DNA of 64,000 nucleotides from Trichoplax sp. H2. Taxonomy: Eukaryota. The position numbers and the translations under genes are program-made. Below the pieces are notes generated by a model, which worked only from the letters and a program-made list of their open reading frames with translations, was not told the DNA's origin and ran no database searches. Positions 53,826 to 64,000 of the stretch are shown piece by piece; positions within the stretch are counted from its first letter, which is position 1, and every line of letters starts with the position of its first letter. Location: NCBI GenBank assembly GCA_003344405.1, contig NOWV01000025.1:372001-436000 (forward strand), in the 5' to 3' direction.

Positions 53826-56800
53826 GATTTAATCTAAATCGGTCGGAGATATAATAACTTAAAAATAATTGGTCAGCTAAGTCATAAAATTACTCTAGCA
53901 GCGGTTTGCAATAAATACACGAGTGTTGTTCCTGACGGTATGCCAGGCTATTCTTAAATAGTGGAGAAAACCAATGATAAACAGTTGACTATTGTTAAGT
54001 GATTACAGTTAATTATTATGCTATTCGGCTATTCTACGAATGTAAGGGCTTATAATTTTTATCTATATATATATTAAATTCATGAAATAATGCAATAATT
54101 AGATATCCTTATTCCCTTTGCACTTTATGTTAATGCATGTTATTTATAAATGGTTACTTTTAATTATTGTCAATTGACCTATTTGATATGCCATAATATT
54201 CAAAATTTGTTTATTTAATGCAGTCAGCTCTTTATTTGCAGATAACCTTTGTTTTTTTAATACTGTGCTGTAATTACTAGAAATAAATTTGTTTTATTAA
54301 TTTCATAATATAATAATTTGGAGACATGAATTGTATATTCAAATTGGATCCAGTTTATGGCAAAGATAAACAAAATATTATTCACAAGTTTGCAAGATGA
54401 CCAGTAGTAAATGAAAACCTTTATTATTAATATCCATAAATTAAACATTATCACCACTTCTACCTTATAATGTTGACTGATGGCTTAAGAATGGGATCAT
54501 ACGTCATATATACTATAAAAGATCATATTAAAAGCATTAAATTACATGCAGTGCGAATAATTTAACAATCATACAAATATTGTCAAATAAGCCAAATGAT
54601 CTTAGTTTGATGGATAGATTTAATTAGGTGGATAGGTCTATGCATGCACTATTATTTTCGCCATATGCCAGCAGCGTATTTTATGCAGCTTATTTCCTGC
54701 TACTAAGCTTCCATTATACCGTCATTTTTTTGAATATGACCTAAATAAAGTGTAATATAGATATCAGCATTATAACCAATCAAATAGTTTCACAGATTAA
54801 GTGCTTGTAGAATGTGACTACTGTAATATCAGGTATTAAAGTATTATCACCTTAGTCGAATGATTAATGTAAAGTTTAATTACGAATATCAGTCCCCTAA
54901 AATATCCAATTAGAACATTTAATCTACGTTGCTTTGGCACCTTAACGTCAAAATATTATCCAATTCCAAAGCCGGAATCAATAATCTTATTATCAGTAGC
55001 AGTATAAATAAAATTAACAATTAAACATATAATTGTAGAATAGCTTAAAGTCATTTTATAATATCAGTATTACTCTATACAGCAATAAAATCTCATTTTC
55101 ATACGTAGATTGTATTGTTACCCTAAATATTTAATCTACATGCATTATTAAAATCTGTACGGTTTTGAAGATTGAATAGACAAAGCAGATAAACGCTATA
55201 GAAAATGGTATTTACCTCATTAATTAACCAATAGTGATATTTCAACGAGACACAGTAAATTTTTTTTTCATTTATATGATATAGAGTCTCTAATTATATT
55301 CACTATCAGCATCATTCCAGTTATATATTATTCATTGATTAATTTCATTAATTGTAGCAGAACATCGTTACAAATCTCCTGTTATGAAAGTTACTTAATA
55401 TCAATAGTAAATTGTCTATCTTCATATTTATTAAATTATATCATATTTCAAATATATTATCTCATGGAAGAGTCTTTTTGTATCTATTTCAACAATACAC
55501 TACTTCATTAATTTTTAATTTTTTTATAGAAGTTGACTATTTAAGCTAGATCATAACACACATTAAAATCTAAGAATTTCGTCAAGATGATATTTACACA
55601 AGCCTATTTTTAATACCTTATAATATGTCTACGAGGCAAATAATTTTAGTGTAGAGATCTTTTTGGTACCAGAATTCCCTCAATATTCACACGTGTTATA
55701 GTCAAATAGAAGCTATAGCCGATTTCAAGGTGGATAGTTGGTGCCTATACCAATATTGCTCTTCATCAATTACATTAAATCGTAATTGTATTAGCAGTTC
55801 AAGTTTGTTTAAAAATATGCACACTTAACACAATTATCTAACTTATTCATATACCTTCTTACTGTCCCAAAAAGGTGACTGTTACTATTTTGATAAATAA
55901 ACAAGGCTAACTACGTGATATAGCAACTGGAAGTGGAATTTTAAGATTAAGATTCTAGATTTTATATCACTAAAACCGATTATCAGTACATAAAAAAGAG
56001 GTAGTTTAAGACCAATCAGTCTCTTCATAATAACTAAATCAACTAATTTGTAGGAAGACATGAAAAATTAGTTTGATAGTCGTCTCAGATTTTATAATTT
56101 TTTTAGTAATTTCTTTTCATGTCCTGTTTTATTTGAATAAAATTCTTATATACGAGTAAAAGGGCATAAAATTAGCCCGAATTGTATTTAATTTATCAAC
56201 AGCATTATACTATACCTAAATAGGTCCACTATCTGGAAAACATTGAATCCACAGATATGCTTAATTTAGTTGACTATAACAATAACACATAAAGTAGAGT
56301 GGGCGTAAATTGCTAGTAGTGAACCATCTCATACTGGTAGTAAATGCATGGTAATAATTATCCACAGGAAAATTTTACGAAATAGCAATGTTACGGATTT
56401 ACTAGCGTTTCTGTATCTAACTATATGATTTCTTGTATTGCATTCATATCGGTTTTACTGCAACCTTATCAGAGCTTAACGGCACTAGTTCTGTTCCGTA
56501 CTAGATCAGTATAGGTACTGTATTGTACAGTGTATAAGGTGGTAAGAAATCAGAATAAAGGTAGATATTCACGTGGAAACTTAGCTGCCGATCTCGCTTC
56601 AGTTGATTGAGAGCATACCAAAAATCAGACGCTATCGTTACCACTAACAAGCAAGGATATACGAGCATCAAATAAAATTTTCGGACATTTATTTTATAGA
56701 TTAACTCACTCAGATAATGTTACAGTAGTAATCATTTACTGTTTGAACTAAAAATCATTGTTCTAGAAGCTATTTTGCCTTGCCGACTAGTTCTACTAAT

Positions 56801-59800
56801 TGTATTGCTCACATTTAAGGAAAATCATTAATTGACGTCTGCAATAGAAATTAAAAGAATGGTAAAATATTTGTTATAACTTTATATTAAGCATACATAT
56901 TACTAATGCATATAATACACAATTACACATCATAACACCTTATCATCTGTAATGACATTCGGTATAGTAAGGCTACTATGCTCTGATAAGGCATACAGTG
57001 AAATTTATCTGTAACCAATCATCGGATTAGTATTGTATAGTCGTTAGTGTTATGGCTGCTAGACCACTTATAAGAATGAAACGTGTAAGCAAAGCGAGTT
57101 TTATGAATTTACAGTACAGAATTACAGCAAATTTACGCTAATTCTAAGGCTAGAAGTATCTGATTTCTTAAGTGCATCATACAACTTTTAAAATATAAAT
57201 TCTATCGTTACATTTCGGTTATTGCTATATTTAATTTCTTTCGAAATAACTTATTTGGAATAAAAAACAAAATATTTCCGATAATTTCACTTCCGCAAAT
57301 GGTTCACTTCCCACAGCCTTAGATACTAAGATAACAATTCTCCAAAAAAATAAATTATTGATGAATTTAGCTTGTTATTGCGGCTTTACCACCGGAAATT
57401 ATCAACTTTTGGCATTTTTAGAAGCTATGTATCTGAACGTGACCGTATGCGAAGTCGGTCATTTTGCAAACTGCCCGTACACATAAACTTCGAGTGCTTA
57501 TAACGTAGTCAACATTGAACTTCTTCCCTTCAGAATATTATTTAATCTAGATATAATACTGTAATGTAACTTAGTATTGTGATTGTAGACTGTTGGCCAT
57601 GTTTAGTATAATGTACGTTAACGTAACTTCTACATTTATCCTAAGAGATATTTGGTAGCCATAACTATTGACTGTAGTGGTATAGACTCTATGCTAGAGT
57701 ACAGATGACTATATACAGTAAGGTGTTGAGTTACGAATAAGGTTATAGGTAAAAATAGAACCGTCAATTATATATTAGGATATGGTTAATTCATTGTACT
57801 TTGGCTGGTGTGAATAATGTCTACGTAAATACTGTAGTCGTATCCATATCGGATTAATGATGGTCCGCAGTAGAATAGTCTTACTAAGAATTATTTTACT
57901 ATGTGTAAAATAAGGTAAAAGGTTACCATGCAGATTGTAGCTGCGAATGCTACGAAAAGTATTAAAGCATGCAACTTTAGATTATTCTGTTAGTTCGTTG
58001 TAGAAGTCTTTAGTAGTAGTATTCGGCTAAAGTAGAGCTGTGTGTACTTAATCTTTGTATAAGATCCAATAAAGCCCTTATTTTTCTAAAATTTGGAATT
58101 TCGTGATCGATATATATCACAAATACATAAATTCTGAAACAGCTTATTCCCATCAGGTGAAATACGGTTTCACTATTAAGAAACAACGGATCAAAAGTAT
58201 TTACTTCAGTAAATCCTTTCTATTTATACATAAAGCCATATTGATGTTTTTAAATAATTAACCTCTTTTAAGTTAGAATTAACTTGAGCTATAATACAAA
58301 TATTTCTGTATGAATCGTCCAGACGTAATTAAATGATTTAGTTTAACCCATGTTCTTTCCGGACTGTTTGTTACGGAGCAAGAGAATATTACCCTAAATC
58401 TTATATAAATGCCAATAGTGGAGATGTTTTTGCATTAGTACCTTAAATTTATGGGAATATCTATTTATCTACAAAAATTATTAGACGAAAGATATACGTA
58501 GTGTAAGGATTTTAATCCTAAAAAAAACTACCGTAAATAGCTGAAATCATTACAATACTTTCCAATAAATTTTGTAGTCACCGAAAACTGTTTAACGATA
58601 CGATATTTACAGGTATCGCCAGCTTATTAAGATATTGCTATTATATCACGGATACCTGGCATACTTGCCCATATTTGTAATGCAAGTGTAATCAATTATA
58701 TAGGTACTAGGAAAGAAATATATTCCGAAATTACTTGTATAACTATGAGAAAACAATATCGTATAATCATTTTTGTTACTATCTCTAATGAAGCTTAATT
58801 TTTAGAATTCTCCTTCAAGCTTATTTATTCAGGTACTATTCTACATACTGTGCGGCTTTGCCGTAACAGATACGGCATAGCGGTATCGTTCGATGGGGGC
58901 CAAAGGTGGATATAAAAGTGGAGCTAAACTTATAGACGGAAGGGTGGAATAAGTATTACAGCTTTAAAAATACTTTAATTTGGTTTAACTACAGTAAATT
59001 TTACTTAGTATCGGAATACATTGTAAACCCGACTCCATTATTTATTTCAGTTCAGTTATATCCTCTACCGGATACAATTAAACAAGTTTATAAAATTTTA
59101 ATGATTCTACAAGATTTTACCTTACTAGAGGAATTGAAAAAGTGACAATTTAATTTATTTATACCTGTGATAAAATCCGATCACAAAAATTTCAAAGTTG
59201 CAGAAATTGAAACTTTATTAGATCTAATACAAAGACGAGCTACACACAGCTTTACTCTAACCGAATAAAACTGCTGAAAGACTTCTAGATAGAACAACTA
59301 GATAATCTAATGTCTCCTACTTTTATACCCTCCGTAGCCTTCGCAGCTACAATCAGCAAAGCAGCATTCTGCCATATTTTATACATATTTAGCTTATTAT
59401 TAGTCACAATATTTTACAGCGAACCATCATTAATCAAGTATAGAAATGATTGCAGTATTTTCATAGACATTATTCCTACCACTCACTGTACAATAAACTA
59501 GCATATGCCGGTATATGATTTACGATTCTATTTCTACCCCTAACCTTATTAGTAGCTCAACATCTTACTATATATATTCATCTGTATTCTAGCATAGAGT
59601 CAATCCTTACAGTCTATAATTATGGGCTACCAAATATATCATAAAATAAATATGGGAAAGACACTACCGTATATCATACTAAATATGGCTAATAGTCTAC
59701 AATCACAATACTAAGCTACTTTACAATAACATACGTAATTCTAGTTTTACTGTCTACTTATTTAACTGAAAGCAAAATAACAATATAAACTAGTAGAAAT

Positions 59801-60447
59801 TTTTAAATCTCTACTGTAGATATCTTTGAAATACTTATTATTTGACAACTTTATTTTTTTGGTGAGAGATGATTTATGAAATAGTATATAAGCAAAGGAC
59901 GTGATGAAAGTTAGAACCAATTTTACAGTTGGACCTGGAAATGGGTATGAATAAGAAATTCATTTGGCAATTTCGAACTACGCATCGGTACTAGATTATT
60001 TGGATTCCATAATTTTTGAGGGTATCAAAACTTGTATTAAATTTAGCCATCATGATAAGTTGGGTTTTTGAATCAAAATTAGCGTATTCGGATTAAATCT
60101 AATAAGTTGAAATTACATTAGCAATGCTTACGATGTGCTTCCTACTTTTTCATCTTAGCTTATGAATTTTAATAGTAGCTATAGATATCAATAATCAACA
60201 TTACAATTAATGGAAATCGGGAGTATTTATGCGTCAATATGTCGAATTATGGGGATGAAGCCTTGCCGTAAACAAGAGGCGCTGCAGTAGTTTATTTAAA
60301 CGAAGCTAAATTGAATAACTACACGATGAAGCTTATTCTATTCAGCAACTACATTCATCTACGTTATTAATAAATGGATAAGACACCTTAACAACTTTTT
60401 GATAACATATTATAGTAACTATCAGTAATAAAATCTAATAATGAATT

Positions 60448-61769
60448 TGTTACAGTGTTAAATACTGTATTACAGTAGAAATAACTATGTTAGGATAATT
60501 CTGTTAGACTATCCTTATTTAGTTAACTTCTAATTTGGATATACTGTATTTTAATATAGCACTGACTTTTTATGACAGTGACACTTATACACATACTGAA
60601 ATTATAATAGTTATAATAGGGAATGCAAATCATCTGCTTACAGTTCGAATCATTGTGATTGTAATTTACTTATGATAGACTGTAAATTATCATGGAAATG
60701 TTCCGTGATAGGACATATCGTAATCTGACTATTCTGTATTAGTTATTACATGTCTATGTTCGTAAATACTGTTGTCTGCATTAAGAGAGCAGTAGCTAAA
60801 ATTAATATCTAATTCAGTAAATNNNNNNNNNNNNNNNNNNNNATGGAAATCGGGAGTATTTATGCGTCAATATGTCGAATTATGGGGATGAAGCCTTGCC
60901 GTAAACAAGAGGCGCTGCAGTAGTTTATTTAAACGAAGCTAAATTGAATAACTACACGATGAAGCTTATTCTATTCAGCAACTACATTCATCTATGTTAT
61001 TAATAAATGGATAAGACACCTTAACAACTTTTTGATAACGTATTATAGTAACTATCAGTAATAAAATCTAATAATGAATTACACTAATTTCTTCAGTCTA
61101 GCACAGCGTCGAATATTGCAATAATTCAACCTGTTGTACAAAATAAGCCTTTAAAAGATTGAAAGATTTTATTTTGCTATTGCAAGCTTTAATTGAAGTA
61201 TTCTGATTATTCAGTAAAATTTCACTATTCTTTTGACAAAGATACGAAAGAACAGGCTTATTAGTTTCAGAAAGCCGTAGATGTAAAATTAATTTACGAG
61301 TATATGAAAATGTAATAAGCTATAGTCTNNNNNNNNNNNNNNNNNNNNTGTAATTTACTTATGATAGACTGTAAATTATCATGGAAATGTTCCGTGATAG
61401 GACATATCGTAATCTGACTATTCTGTATTAGTTATTACATGTCTATGTTCGTAAATACTGTTGTCTGCATTAAGAGAGCAGTAGCTAAAATTAATATCTA
61501 ATTCAGTAAATGATTCTAATGTTAATTGTATTAACTATGACTCATGAACTATTGAGGAATAGTATATAAATGCAGTATATCGTGAAATAAAGGAGAATTG
61601 TCCAACTTAGTGTTTAACGTAAAATACGAGGCGTTTAAGTCTTTGTGTAGTCTGCTAGTAGAGCAAAAGTGCTCGTGATAGTGCAGATATCGTTCCTTGA
61701 TACGTAGTTCACGGAATTGACTTATTGATCGTAGATTACGTTATCTTGTTGCAAAGCTGTTTTGTGACA
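60448..61769. mobile_element. Solo-LTR-like insertion (~633 bp when the overlap is merged), TGTTAC...GTGACA, TSD GAATT, split by assembly gaps
   Basis: GAATT at 60443-60447 and 61770-61774. Element sequence lies at 60448-60822 and 61349-61769, and 60660-60822 is the same as 61349-61511. Confidence 0.85.
60843..61328. other. Gap-bounded alternative-haplotype contig carrying the empty insertion site
   Basis: Between N runs at 60823-60842 and 61329-61348. 60843-61080 matches 60210-60447 and 61076-61328 matches 61770-62001, joined through a single GAATT at 61076-61080. Confidence 0.85.
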
Positions 61770-64000
61770 GAATTACACTAATTTCTTCAGTCTAGCACAG
61801 CGTCGAATATTGCAATAATTCAACCTGTTGTACAAAATAAGCCTTTAAAAGATTGAAAGATTTAATTGAAGTATTCTGATTATTCAGTAAAATTTCACTA
61901 TTCTTTTGACAAAGATACGAAAGAACAGGCTTATTAGTTTCAGAAAGCCGTAGATGTAAAATTAATTTACGAGTATATGAAAATGTAATAAGCTATAGTC
62001 TGCGATAAATTTCAGTGGAAACAAATATATTTATCAGCAGAATAGATTAAGACGAAAGATGCAGACATTAAATATCGTTAAGTTAAATCATATTCTTGTT
62101 TAATTAACAATATATGATAATGATAAAAGAAAATCCTAAACATGAGTAAGGTGTAGTAAAGGACGAAAGGTAGAGTCCTTTATAGCTTTTAGTATGTAAC
62201 TAGTATTATTTTACTATAGAAAATACCTATAAAGTGACAGTGTCTTCAAGTTTTATCCTACCAAATCATCATGGCGCCGTCTTTTCTTTATCATTATTTT
62301 ACAAGGTATTATATAGATTACTAAAGAAGTAGCCCTTGAGCAATCGCCTAATCTAAAGAAAGAGCGTTTGATAGTCCATTCAAATTGTAAATGAATTTGA
62401 CTTAGTAACAAAACTCTATCCATAGAGAAAGAGGATTTATAACATGACAGTAAAGTACCGTAATGTAGTCTATAATCGTACAGTTAACGTACAACTTGAC
62501 GCTAAAATATCAACTGCCAATACTAAGCGATACTAATGTCAGAAAAGTAGTCGTAGTAGTCATATAAAATTTCTTGACAAGCGATTACTGTGATCTTTGT
62601 AAAATCCGGATTTTTCGGATTCGGATTCCGGAACCGGTCGAATTTATCTGTTATAATTTTTTTGTATTAATTTATTTGTTATAATTTTTCTGTTTTAAGT
62701 TTTGGATTTTAGTTTATGGAAAATATCGTAAGGGTTGATTTTTGAAATTTGAACTTTTTGTTATGAATTTGAAACTTTGGAATTTTATGACGTGACATGA
62801 AAGTCACATTAGGAAAGTTTAGTTAGGAAATTAGAAAATAAGACGGCAGTTGGCAGAGGTTGTGCTGATTGTTAAGTAGTTAGACTGTTATTTTTATGAC
62901 TAAATCTTGGTGCTTAAAGGTTAATTTTTAGACTTTTATAATGTATCAAAGATAGAAATTATGTTAGAAGTGAAGTTTGATGTATTTTATAGTTAACTTG
63001 TTGCCCTTATAGTGTTTTGTAATTAAGGGAATCATAGGGTCAATTGTGTCTGAACTTTGAATGATTTTTGTTTTCTTAAACGGTGCTAAGTAGTTTTCTA
63101 AAATGGATCTTAAGAACGATTGGTTAGCAAATGTTTAATTTTAAATACCTCTGACGGCTCTACGAAGCTGCGATATAAATGATAGTGCAATCAGAAAATT
63201 TAGAGGGAGAGTAGAAGAAGATTCTTTTGAAGAACTTGTTGAATTTTAAAAGCCTTCGGGGTCGAATTATCATAAGTTAAAACGTTCTTCTTTTTGATAG
63301 TTTGTTTGGTTGTTGACAGTCTTTAAGTCTGTCACTTATTTTAGTAATACTTAAAGTTATGTTTTTGTAAGGTTGTTCGGTTTATACTTCTCTCTATTTA
63401 TTTTCTTATAAATTGCTGTTCGATTGTTTCCCCAAATTTTATTTGGTGTTAAAGTTTTTTTTAAGTCGACCGGAGTGCAACGAAAGTAGAATCAAAGTTT
63501 ATTAAAGTTTTGCAGCTTGATCTCTACACTTTTCATTTCATTACAAAGGTCATATATTTTTCTCTTTTAATTTGAAACATAACACGAGGCTACAAGAATT
63601 TCGAAATTTGTATCCGGTATCATCAGATACTACTGCCTTTGGTTTTTATTGACTACGCGTACACTATACATAAATGTCAACGAAACCACAGGTCGATCTC
63701 ATTTAATCATAAGATCAAGTATTTCAGTAAATACGCTATAAGTACTCGTTTTTAACAAATTTATCAATAATATGCACAAAATGATATTTCGGAATCATTA
63801 ATGCTAGCCGGGGTAATAAATAGTAATTATTTTAGTATGTAATACATATTTTAGGGTTACTGTATATTAGATTTGATGGAAGCTATTAATTGTTGTTAAA
63901 ACTATGTTTATAAACATACGTACTAGTTATATGCTAAACTAGGTTATTAAAGTAAGAGACAAGATTAAACTGAAATTAAGAAGCTAAGGTGTTAAAGCGT

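Larger units (their letters stand above)
59800..64000. repeat. Diverged colinear copy of the 34.3-36.7 kb intergenic spacer
   Basis: Ordered blocks: ~34310/~59820, ~34470/~59990, ~34545/~60063, ~34705-34850/~60210-60370, ~35420-35510/~61778-61870, ~35520-35580/~62090-62150, ~36645-36710/~63933-63995. Confidence 0.7.

Noticed and set aside
52976..59501. Short ORFs at 52976-53269, 54257-54457 and 59310-59501
   Set aside because: Typical chance ORFs of AT-rich DNA, with no motifs or splice-consistent partners.
60210..62001. Genuine tandem segmental duplication
   Set aside because: Duplicated pieces begin and end exactly at N gaps and fit an empty/filled allele pair better.
1..64000. CRISPR arrays, rRNA/tRNA genes, prokaryotic operons
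   Set aside because: Nothing of the kind was seen. The window is spliceosomal-intron eukaryotic DNA and has no regularly spaced repeat-spacer array.

Overview
AT-rich, intron-dense animal genomic DNA. The compact, short-intron style would fit a placozoan-like basal metazoan, but the taxon cannot be fixed from sequence alone. I rebuilt four multi-exon genes by hand from GT-AG boundaries and reading-frame phase, and all encode cell-surface or extracellular proteins. (1) + strand 2297-8964: a secreted EGF/SEA-like/mucin-repeat mosaic protein of about 1000 aa. (2) + strand 12840-18163: a 5-Ig-domain single-pass receptor with a cytoplasmic YxxM and a C-terminal PDZ-type motif, about 625 aa. (3, 4) - strand ~21259-32331 and ~37478-53825: two tandem adhesion GPCRs (signal peptide, C-type lectin, Ser/Thr stalk, GAIN/GPS, secretin-type 7TM). 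Non-coding DNA holds a family of short TGT(C/T)AC...GTGACA elements with 5-bp target-site duplications, resembling solo LTRs. One copy is present as both an empty and a filled allele around two assembly gaps at 60.2-62.0 kb, so it appears to be a polymorphic insertion. The spacer at 34.3-36.7 kb is homologous to 59.8-64 kb, suggesting the GPCR array continues beyond the window. All coordinates were read by eye, and first and last exons are the least certain.
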